From a virus (lineage: Duplodnaviria > Caudoviricetes), in IMG/VR virus record IMGVR_UViG_3300033562_000989, positions 1-64,000 of that record: 64,000 bases of DNA; one strand, given 5' to 3'. Positions 49,357-58,585 of the stretch are shown piece after piece. The translations under genes were made by a program, and so were the position numbers. Within the stretch, counting starts at the first letter, position 1. Each line of letters starts with the position of its first letter. Under the pieces are notes generated by a model. It did no database searches and was not told the origin of the DNA. It worked only from the letters and a program-made list of their open reading frames with translations.

Positions 49357-52300
49357 ATGGCAAATTGTAATTATAAAATAAAAACAGTACAAGGAGAAAA
49401 AAGTACTTTTAGTTTAGAAGAATTAACTCAATTTTACTACAAAAGTAATAACCAACTTACAAATGGCAGCATATTCAGTTCTGAAGAAATAATAGAAAGC
49501 ACTGAAAATATAATAAATAAATTACTGAATAATACAGATAACATTAGAAAAAATGATGATTTAAAATCTACTTATGAATTTAGTGGAGAAAAAAATGAAA
49601 AAATGTTTTCTAATTTAGGTATAAATAAGGAGAGATTAAATCCAGAATACGATAAAGAATCTAGAATTATAAATACTATTTTAAATAATTTAGTTGGTAA
49701 TGGTATAAGTATTACTGGAATAGAAAAAGCTTTATCTGTATCAGAAATAGTAAATTGGTCTAAATATAGTGAAGATGTTAATAATAAAGTTTTTAAATAC
49801 AAAAAAGATATAGAAGAAGTTATTTTATTAGAAGAAAAAACTAAAGAATTAGGAAATTCTATACATAGAATTTTAGCTAGATTAATAACTAATAAAGGGG
49901 AATTTTCTTCTTCTATAGAAAATGAATTATTAAAAGAATTAGAAAATAACAAAGATATTTTAGAAGGAGATTTAGATAACTGGGTTAAGCTTTTTGAAAA
50001 ACAACTTACAAGAATTTATGAAAATTTATCTAAACAAGGTAAAATACTTAGTGAAGTAGTAGTTGGATCTGAAAAAAATGCTCCTGCCCAAATTAAAGGA
50101 GCTTTAGATATAATAGTTATAAGTCCTGATGGTGCAATACATATCTATGATTTAAAATTATCTAAAAATAAATATGAAGATTGAGACTCTGCTAAAAAGT
50201 TAACTACAGATAATCAATTAGCTCTTTATAGAGCATTAATGGGTCAATATGTAAAAATTAATAATTCTACTATGAGTGTTATTCCTATTGAATTAGGAAC
50301 AATGTTAAATGGCAAATTAAATATAGATTCTGTAAAATTAGGTAATATTGAAATTAGAAGTGGTGAAAGTGCCCTTCAATATAAAAGTGGGTCTATATAT
50401 ACACTAGTTAAAAAACTTATTCCAGAAAAAGTACACATTAGCCATGATCCAGAAAGAAGAATTAAATTTGAAACACATTTAAAACACATTCTTCCTATAG
50501 ATTATGAAATAAGAACTTCAAATAAGAAAAATGATGTAGAAGCTATGGTAGATAAAGCTATGAGAACACAATCATATTCTATATCTAATGAATACGGTAA
50601 AGAATTTGAAGGAGAAACTAGAGTTAAGGATTATGATAAAAAATCAAAAGAAGAAATTAGAGCAGAATTAACTGTTATAATTCAAAAATATATTGAATTT
50701 GAAGAATCAATTAAAAATAGAAATTTAGTATCTCTTAAAAATCAAATAATAACTAGTATAACTGGAGGAAAACCTGTAGATGTTAAAGATCCTGATCAAA
50801 ATATATTATTAGCAAATACATTAAAAGATTATATAACAGGAGAGTATGAAGTTATTGATAACATAGAAGAATTAGATAGTTTTGGGTTTATTTTATTACA
50901 AAATAAAAGAACTTCTAAGTTTGTTCTTTTAAGTATTACATCTCATAATAAATATGCATCAATAGGAAAATCTAATATGTTATATGAAGAAGCTGAATAT
51001 TTAAAATCTTTATTATTATTTAATAATTTTAAAGAAGATTTAGATTTAAATAGTACTGGAATAGAAGATATAGTTATTTTAAATTTAGAAGGAAAACAAG
51101 TTGGTAGTAAAACAGTAGATTTTTATTGGGAAAGTTTTAGAAACTTATTAAATAATAAGTCTGTGCCTTATACTTTAGAAAGAAATAAACCTAAACTTAT
51201 ACAAACAGCTAGTAATATTTTAAGACAAAATTTAAGAGAAGCTCCAGAAAAAGAAAAAGAAGCCTTAATTAATATTATTGGTAATGAATATACTAGATTT
51301 GAAGATATAGAAATAGAGAAATTAAAAGAAATTTTAAAATCTATGGCTCAAACTTACCCAGAATTAGTTTCAAATTTATTTACTTCTCCTAAATTAAACT
51401 TTAAAAATAGAGAAGAGTATGTTTATGCTCTTTTAAATTGTCTTTTATTAAGAAAAACTAGGTTTAATATGTCTGGTGATTTTATGCACTTAAAAGACTT
51501 TAGTATAGGATTTTCTGATATTAAAAGTTTATTAGCTTCTTTATATTCTGATAAACAAGAAGAATATGATGCAACGGCTAAAAAAATTATGGGATTACCA
51601 GGAGGATTGAAAATGGTAACTCCGGATAGAGTAGGTTCTCAAGTATTACAAGATATTAATGGTATTATTACTTCAGGACACTCAAGTTATGCTCACACTT
51701 ATAATAAACAAGCAGTAATTTTTAATAGACTTACTACCAAGTTTGCTAAAGATATGAATTACTCTTCATTTGAACAGAATTTTGTTGGAGATCACCAAAA
51801 TTTATTTAGAAATATGTGATTTTCTGAAAAAACTGGAAAAATTTCTAATGAGTGAAGGGTAAAAAATCCTTATAAATCAGATGTAGATAATGCTATGAGT
51901 GATACTGAAAGAGAATATTTAAAAAATATATTATCTCAAATTCGTAGACATACAGAAAAAATTACTGATGTAGATTTTAATAAAATAGATTTTAGTACTT
52001 TAGAAACTATTAGAAATACGGATAAGACAGGTAAAATAATTAAATCTATAGAAGATGGAGATTATTTTTTAATGCCTTTAATTAGATCCCAACAAATAGA
52101 TCGAAATAAAGATAGTATTAAAAGTTTAACAATTAGTGGATTAAAAGATCAAATTGTAGATAATTTAAATAATTTAATTGATACTAGAGAATTATCTTCT
52201 GATGACTTAAGAAATATTAAAACTGTACATGAAGGATTAACTGAAATGTATGATGTCTATGATAGAAGGAATAGAAATGCAAAATTTATAGCTGATAGTG

Positions 52301-53964
52301 TAGATGAAAGTGAAAGTTATTGAGAATTAGATTTAGATAGAATTGCTAATAAAGTAGCTTTTAGTAGTATAAGAAAACAGACAATGGATCATATTCTTCC
52401 AATTATCACTTCTGCAATATGGTACATGAAATTACAAGCTGGAAAAGATAATACTGATATAAGAAAAGAATTAGATTACATAGAAAAAAGACTTTCATTA
52501 TCAGTTATGGATGCTCCAATTGTTGCAGACGAAGCTAAAGATATAATATTAACAACTTCTATGGTTAAAAGATTTACTACTGCATTTATGTTAGGTTTAA
52601 GACCAGTACTAACAGCAAAAGAATTTGCAATTGGTTTGTATAAAGGAATATCTCTAGCTGCTACTAAAATTTATGGAAAAAATCAATTTAGTTTAGCAGA
52701 TTATACCAAAGCAATGAAAGCATTAATGACTATAGATAATCAGTATACACAAGAATTTAATATGATTGATAAAATTAATCATCATTATAGATTTGCTAAT
52801 ATGGATGTTAATGCTATGCCTGAAAAACTTAAAACATTTAGAAGAGGTGCCATGTTAGGATTAGGTCCTTGAATGTATTCTACTAGTACATTTGCAGATT
52901 ACAGTAATAGGCTGTCTTTATTCATAGCTAAAATGTACAATGATGGATCTTATGATGCGCATATTTTAGTAAATGGAGAGCTTATATATGATCCTACAAA
53001 AGATAAAAGATTTGAGTACTATTTTCAAAATAGGGATAAGTATATAAATCAAAAAAATGGAGAATATATGGAAAGTAGTACTGATTTGAAATTTAATACT
53101 CAAAGAAATGTATATCTATTGACAATGAGACAAATAAATGATGAAAATATACTTTTAGGTAAACAGGAACTTGTAGAAAAAGACTTAATAGAATATGCTT
53201 ACTCTGAAAAAGAACGTCAAAGTTATAAATCATTTACTGATTCAGTGTATGGGTATTATGATAAAGATTCTCAGGCTGAATGGCATAGTACTTGGTATGG
53301 ATTAATATTTTTACAGTTTCTACAATTCTGACCTGGTAAAATGAATATGTGGTTTGGTAAACCAGATAGTAAACAAACTAACATAGGAGAAATGTTGCAT
53401 AAAACTATGATAAGCCCAACTACAGGAAAAAAAGTACCAGCTTTCATTGAGGTAGTTAGAGATCCAGAGACAGGAGAGGTAATTGATACTATAGATGTTG
53501 AAGAGGATAATAGCAATCCTGCTATGGTTTGAACAGGAACTCCACAGGAAGGTTTGATTTATGCTATAGGATATACTATACAAGATGTTTTAAGAGGAAA
53601 TTGAGATCATATAAAAGATATGGAACTTAGAAATAAACGTGTTATGTTTGCTATGTCTGATACTTTAATAATGATGTTAATTTTTGGAATGATAGGAGCT
53701 TTAATTGATGTTTTTGTAGATGAAAATGGGACAGAAGGGATAAATGGTAATACAGCTCAATTTATGCAAGAAGTTAATAAGAAAGTTCTTACTGAAACTA
53801 ATTTATGGAAAAATACACTAGGAGCTATTAAAACAGAGCCTGCCTTTTTCTCTTTTGGAACAAAAGTAGCTGGAGATATACAAGATGTCTTCACAGGAGA
53901 TAAATCTATAGAAAAATTAATTTCTAAAAATATTAAAGCATTTGAACTTTGAGATACATTATAA
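49357..53964 (+). CDS. giant virion protein with PD-(D/E)xK nuclease-like domain (1535 aa, TGA=Trp)
   Basis: Seven fragments in one frame. GNSIHRILA...ILSEVVV...IKGALDIIVISPDGAIHIYDLKLSK. TAA 53962-53964. Confidence 0.72.
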
Positions 53965-53969
53965 TAATC

Positions 53970-54015
53970 AAAAAAAAATCCCCATACACACAATTAAGTG
54001 AGTATGGGGATTTTT
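53970..54015. terminator. bidirectional intrinsic terminator between convergent blocks
   Basis: AAAAATCCCCATAC/GTATGGGGATTTTT stem flanked by A and T runs. Confidence 0.8.
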
Positions 54016-54028
54016 GTATTAAATTATA

Positions 54029-54772
54029 CTAAGTTAAAGTTTTTATAATTGATTGTAATTTTTGTTTATAATTTTTGTCAGTGGCATACCCAGTCTTAGC
54101 CATTATTTCAGCAGCTTTCATTGGATCATTTATACCTTTTACAGCATTATACCTTTTATTTTTTATTAAAAAATCAGCATAATCATTAAAACCTTCCATA
54201 GCAGTAGCATATTTCCTAAATTTTTGTTTGACGCTTACTAGCCCATTTGGACCTTGTTCTTTAGTTAATAACTCTTGTGTTGCTCCAGTTCAAGAGCTAT
54301 TTGCTTTTATACCTCCAATATTGTTTCCTGGAGTATGAGCTCCTCATCCAGTTTCTAAGCCTACTTGAGCTATTAAAAGCTTTTTATTTATACCTGTTTT
54401 TTTAGACAATTCTTCGAATTCATCATTATACCTACTTAAAAATTCCTTTTTAGATTTAGTAGCTGGTATATTAGAATATTGTACCTCACTGTTTTTAAAT
54501 GGATTATAAAGTAAAGGGTCATCTTTTTTTCTTTCTTTTAATCAATCAACCAAACTTTTAGATTCAATATTATTAGATTTTGATACTTTTGTTACATCTT
54601 CTATAGGAGTTTTAATTCCTAAATAACTATTAAAAAATGGATTATTATTATTTTCTTGTAAAAGATTAGAACCTTCTGGTAAATTATCAAAATAATTTAA
54701 TATATGTTCTGGAGAATTTTCTTTAGAAATAAAAGGTTTAAAATTTATAGGATTTATAGGATTTATAGGCAT
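54029..54772 (-). CDS. GH73 glucosaminidase / peptidoglycan hydrolase (247 aa, three TGA=Trp)
   Basis: Reading through TGA at 54544, 54346 and 54292 gives AQVGLETG(W)G..GNNIGGIKA..(W)TG..FRKY..GYATDKNY, the GH73 signature. TAG at 54031-54029. Confidence 0.85.
54743..54769 (-). repeat. 9-bp tandem repeat x3 encoding PIN-PIN-PIN
   Basis: ATTTATAGG three times on the + strand, at the hydrolase N-terminus. Confidence 0.8.
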
Positions 54773-54805
54773 ATTATTATACTTTTTTAAATTTATTATA
54801 TTTTG

Positions 54806-54840
54806 CAAATTTAATAAATTAAATTTATATAAAATGTATA
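54806..54840 (-). promoter_or_regulatory. putative late promoter (second copy of the 21-bp motif + TAAATTTG)
   Basis: Reverse complement of 54820-54840 is identical to 220-240, with the same 6-nt spacer to TAnnTTTG. Confidence 0.6.
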
Positions 54841-54843
54841 AAT

Positions 54844-54892
54844 AAAAAAAAAATAGGGGAAAGAAAGCAATTAAGCCCTCTTTCCCCTATTT
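54844..54892 (-). terminator. intrinsic terminator after ligase
   Basis: 14-bp stem AAATAGGGGAAAGA/TCTTTCCCCTATTT with a long T run on the - strand. Confidence 0.75.
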
Positions 54893-54898
54893 AAGTTT

Positions 54899-56062
54899 TT
54901 ACATATCATCACTATACCTTACTGATTTAAAGTGTGGCTGCATTGGTATTCCATCAGTAGAATAACCAAAAAATTTAACAGTTCCATAATTATCAATAAT
55001 GTCATCCATATCTAAAATATATTGAGCTTTTTGCTCTCTAGTCCCAACTGGACAAGCACTAAATACTTTTCCTTCTTTGGTTTCTAAAATAAATGCAAAG
55101 TCTTCTGGACGCAATCCATCTTTATAGTCAATAATTTTAAATTCTTCGTCCTGATACAACTTTACTTTGATCCAATCACTGTTCCGCTTTCCGAAACTGT
55201 AATTTTTATCTGGTTTTCTAGCTACTAATCCTTCAAAACCTTCTTCAACCCATTGATTATGTAATTTATCAATCTCCATCCAACTACTAGTAAAGACGTG
55301 ATCAATAATTTTAATTTTTGCATTACCTGAAAATTTTTCTTGTAATTCCATTAAGATTTTCAATCTATCTCTAAATTTCATATCTGGAATAGCTAAATCG
55401 TAAATCCAATATTCAAGTATTTCACAACGATCTTCCCAAGCAGTTAATCGTGCAATACCACTAATTTCTTGTAAAGGTTTACCATGAACATAAAGTTCAC
55501 CATCAAATCTCATAGTTGGATTAGCTTTTAAATAAGAGAATAATTCTTTTCTAATTAAAGCGGTAGAAGCATTATAGTCTTTGCCTCCACGAGATACACT
55601 ATCTACATCATCTTCATTCCACTCCATTGTGCAACGTACCCCATCAAGCTTTTTCGAGCAAGCCATTTCCTTTTCTAATACTGATATTTTACAATCATTA
55701 GAAGACTTAGCTAATTGAGGTTTTAATTTACCGTTACTATCTGTTTTTAAAACAGGCACAACTTCATCTAATTCAAGCGGCCCCATTAGTTCAAACTTCT
55801 TATTAGTTAAACTGTCTAGTCTTTTATATCCTTTATCAAGATATTTATTAACTATACTATTAAACTCTGATTCAGCTTGTTGTAATACTGTTCTTTTTGC
55901 TTTTCCTTTTTCAATACATAACCTAACTTGATTAGTCATTTTATTTCCGTATTGACCTGTAGTTCTATTAATGTAAAAAACATTTCCATCTTGCTCTAAA
56001 CTGGTTATTACAACTTGTACTTTATCTCTTGCATTTCTTGTTACTAATACTATTTCTGTCAT
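54899..56062 (-). CDS. ATP-dependent DNA ligase (N-terminal WGR-like domain)
   Basis: KLDGVRC (motif I), FDGELY, EGFEGLVAR, KRNSDWIKVK. Confidence 0.9.
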   Translation of the reverse strand: MTEIVLVTRNARDKVQVVITSLEQDGNVFYINRTTGQYGNKMTNQVRLCIEKGKAKRTVLQQAESEFNSIVNKYLDKGYKRLDSLTNKKFELMGPLELDEVVPVLKTDSNGKLKPQLAKSSNDCKISVLEKEMACSKKLDGVRCTMEWNEDDVDSVSRGGKDYNASTALIRKELFSYLKANPTMRFDGELYVHGKPLQEISGIARLTAWEDRCEILEYWIYDLAIPDMKFRDRLKILMELQEKFSGNAKIKIIDHVFTSSWMEIDKLHNQWVEEGFEGLVARKPDKNYSFGKRNSDWIKVKLYQDEEFKIIDYKDGLRPEDFAFILETKEGKVFSACPVGTREQKAQYILDMDDIIDNYGTVKFFGYSTDGIPMQPHFKSVRYSDDM

Positions 56063-56124
56063 TATTATTCTATTACTTCAAATTTAAAATCATCAACTAA
56101 ATAACGATCTTCATCAAGTTCATC

Positions 56125-56325
56125 TTATATATCATCTTTAAAATATTTACCGTTTATTTTCACAAACCTTGCATTTTCAAATTTACTATATGTGGGACAT
56201 GTTGGTATTTCATCATCTTCATCACAAACCCAAAGAGAAATTTCACCTTCATCAACTATATGATAACGATCTCCAATTGAAACTGGATATCCATCAGTTG
56301 TTGTAAAAACTATATTATTTTCCAT
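56125..56325 (-). CDS. small hypothetical protein
   Basis: 66-aa ORF in a tightly packed operon; see the finding on its in-frame TAA. Confidence 0.5.
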   Translation of the reverse strand: MENNIVFTTTDGYPVSIGDRYHIVDEGEISLWVCDEDDEIPTCPTYSKFENARFVKINGKYFKDDI

Positions 56326-56487
56326 TTATTCTATTATTTCTGTTGTCCATTCATCATCTGATAAATCTGAGTTTTCTTTAATATCTTCGAAAATTTCATT
56401 TTTTAATTCTCTTTCAGTACAATGAAACTCAGGATCAAAAAAATCTAATGAATCAAATACTTTTTCAAATGTTACTTTAATTTTCAT
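56326..56487 (-). CDS. small acidic hypothetical protein (53 aa, not in the ORF track)
   Basis: MKIKVTFEKVFDSLDFF...DDEWTTEIIE*. Its ATG overlaps the dUTPase TAA and it exactly fills the gap. Confidence 0.6.
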   Translation of the reverse strand: MKIKVTFEKVFDSLDFFDPEFHCTERELKNEIFEDIKENSDLSDDEWTTEIIE

Positions 56488-56972
56488 TATTTTACTCCAC
56501 TATCACCGTAACCTGTTTTTCCTCTATCTGATTCATCAAGTGAAGAAACTTCATCCCATTCAATTAATGATACTTTAGTTAAAACTGCTTGTGCAATTCT
56601 ATCACCATGTTGAATTTCAAATACATCATCACTTAAATTCATTAAAATAACTCCCCATTCATTTCTATATCCAGAATCAATAGTACCTGGAGTATTTAAA
56701 ACAGTTACTCCATTTTTCAAAGCTAATCCACTTCTTGGTCTAACTTGAATTTCATATCCTGGTGGGAAACTTGTATAAAGTCCTGTTGGAATTAATACTC
56801 TACCACCACTAAATACTAAAAGAGTTTCTCTTTCTTTATCAAATGCAGCTCCCCACATGAATTCTTCTTTTAATCCATTAGAAAAATTAGCACGAAGATC
56901 CATTCCTGAATCTCCTTGCTTTGCATATTCTGGAAGTTCATTTGAACTTTTATTTATTACTTTTATTATCAT
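56487..56972 (-). CDS. dut: trimeric dUTPase
   Basis: GDSGMDL, RPRSGLA, PGTIDSGYR, DRIAQ and RGKTGYGDSG motifs. Confidence 0.95.
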   Translation of the reverse strand: MIIKVINKSSNELPEYAKQGDSGMDLRANFSNGLKEEFMWGAAFDKERETLLVFSGGRVLIPTGLYTSFPPGYEIQVRPRSGLALKNGVTVLNTPGTIDSGYRNEWGVILMNLSDDVFEIQHGDRIAQAVLTKVSLIEWDEVSSLDESDRGKTGYGDSGVK

Positions 56973-57209
56973 TTATATTATTTTAAAATTTTCATTAAAT
57001 TCATCTTCTGAATATAAATCAATTAAGTTATTATTTCCTTTTAATACATAATCTCCTATGTATAAGTTTACCAATCCATCCCAACATTTTAGTATTGCTT
57101 GATGTTCATGAAAGATAATTAATGTTTTATCTTCTATAAATTTATATAATTCAGAGTAATCTCCATTAAATTGTATAAATTCATATTCTATTCTTGAAAT
57201 ACATTTCAT
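56973..57209 (-). CDS. hypothetical phage protein
   Basis: 78-aa ORF abutting its neighbours. IQFNG..IGDYVLK..YSEDEFNENF resembles common small phage proteins. Confidence 0.6.
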   Translation of the reverse strand: MKCISRIEYEFIQFNGDYSELYKFIEDKTLIIFHEHQAILKCWDGLVNLYIGDYVLKGNNNLIDLYSEDEFNENFKII

Positions 57210-57221
57210 TTTTTTATTTTT

Positions 57222-58583
57222 TTATTGTAATATATATACATTGTTTTTACTTCTAGACAAAGCAACATATTGCAACTGTCTTTTTTCTTGTTCATCTCTA
57301 CAAAAATCAATACTTTTCATATCAATAAATGTATTATTAATACTACTTCCTTGACTTCGATGTATTGTAGTAGCATATCCTCCATCAAATGATTTTTTTC
57401 TAATTAGCCTATTATCAAAATATAAATCAATGGGAGTTGTAAAACTATTCATAATGCTATAATATTCTTTCCATTTAAGGCCTGCTAATCTACTCTTTCG
57501 TTCTTTTAAATCTATAGCTTCTAATCTAGTATGTTCTATAGTATAAGTTAAAGTTCTGATTTTTTGTTCTGTAATATATTTACTTAGAATATTTACAGTT
57601 TGTTCACATTTATCAGAAGAATCCCATAAAACTAGTTTATATCCAGGATATAAACCAACATGAGGAATATTAATTAAAATACTTTCTGGCTCTTGCATTA
57701 TAATATAATCCATTGAATTCCAAAAAGAATAATCATCAAAAACTAAATTTTCATAACCAGTTATAAATTGAAATTTATTATATTCTTTTTCCAATCCAAA
57801 TAATGCTTCTACCATTTTAATATTAAAGTAAGCTACTCTATCATTAGTATATGATAAGATTTTACTTTCTAAAATATCTAAATTTTCAATAGCTTTATTA
57901 AAATATGGAATTGATTTCATAAAGAAATCTCTTGGTTGAGAAAAAGTATATATTGAACCTTTTTCACAAATATCTGTTTTAAATCGAGGTATAAACTGTT
58001 CTCTACTAATTGGTAATACTTCACTTAATGCACTTTCATGATTTTGACGAAATATTTGAGTTAAAAAATAATTATCTTCTAATTCAAATACTTTAGAAGT
58101 TTGTATTGAATTTACAGGCTTGATTTGCTTAATATCACCCACAAAAATAATTTTAGTGTTAGCAGATTTACATCTATCTATTAATAATCCAAATAAATAA
58201 TCATTAATCATAGAAGATTCATCACAAATAATGATAGAATCAAATGGAAAATAGTTAGACGCTAATTTAGATAAGAATTGTAAATTTCTGAAATCTAAAT
58301 CTATTATATTTATATTTGGTGATAAAGCTAATAATTTATGAACAGTTATACCCTCCTTACCTGTAAATCTTTCTAATACTGTTTTTGCTTTATGTGTAGG
58401 TGCACATAATGTATAATCTATTTTAAGCTTATCTAATTCATCTATTAAAGCTTTTATTAAGAAGCTTTTTCCTGTTCCAGCATAGCCAGATAAGGAAAAA
58501 GCTACTTTTTTAGTTTTTATAAATTTAAGAATTAAATTTAAAGCTTCTTCTTGTTCAATTCCTAATTTTATTATTTCATTCAT
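57222..58583 (-). CDS. Dda/RecD-like SF1B DNA helicase
   Basis: GYAGTGKS, APTHKA, DESSM, GDIKQ, TIHRSQGSS, QYVALSR. Confidence 0.9.
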   Translation of the reverse strand: MNEIIKLGIEQEEALNLILKFIKTKKVAFSLSGYAGTGKSFLIKALIDELDKLKIDYTLCAPTHKAKTVLERFTGKEGITVHKLLALSPNINIIDLDFRNLQFLSKLASNYFPFDSIIICDESSMINDYLFGLLIDRCKSANTKIIFVGDIKQIKPVNSIQTSKVFELEDNYFLTQIFRQNHESALSEVLPISREQFIPRFKTDICEKGSIYTFSQPRDFFMKSIPYFNKAIENLDILESKILSYTNDRVAYFNIKMVEALFGLEKEYNKFQFITGYENLVFDDYSFWNSMDYIIMQEPESILINIPHVGLYPGYKLVLWDSSDKCEQTVNILSKYITEQKIRTLTYTIEHTRLEAIDLKERKSRLAGLKWKEYYSIMNSFTTPIDLYFDNRLIRKKSFDGGYATTIHRSQGSSINNTFIDMKSIDFCRDEQEKRQLQYVALSRSKNNVYILQ

Positions 58584-58585
58584 TA

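Noticed and set aside
7280-53964. Fragmented + strand ORFs as pseudogenes or frameshifted genes
   Set aside because: The fragments of each gene share one frame and, in the gaps I translated, are separated only by TGA. This fits TGA=Trp, not decay.
152-53993. Short antisense or alternate-frame ORFs in the track (e.g. 152..478, 5345..5572, 35015..35467, 49572..49952, 53320..53583)
   Set aside because: They overlap long coding genes, have low-complexity F/S/L/I composition typical of antisense AT-rich DNA, and show no recognisable motifs.
1290-54772. TAG reassignment (code 15) or TGA as selenocysteine
   Set aside because: TAG ends genes cleanly (7182, 7948, 9704, 18329, 54029). TGA falls at conserved Trp positions, not Cys positions.
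54773-54808. TTG start at 54808 for the hydrolase
   Set aside because: It overlaps the putative TAAATTTG promoter box. ATG 54772 with an A-rich leader is more plausible.
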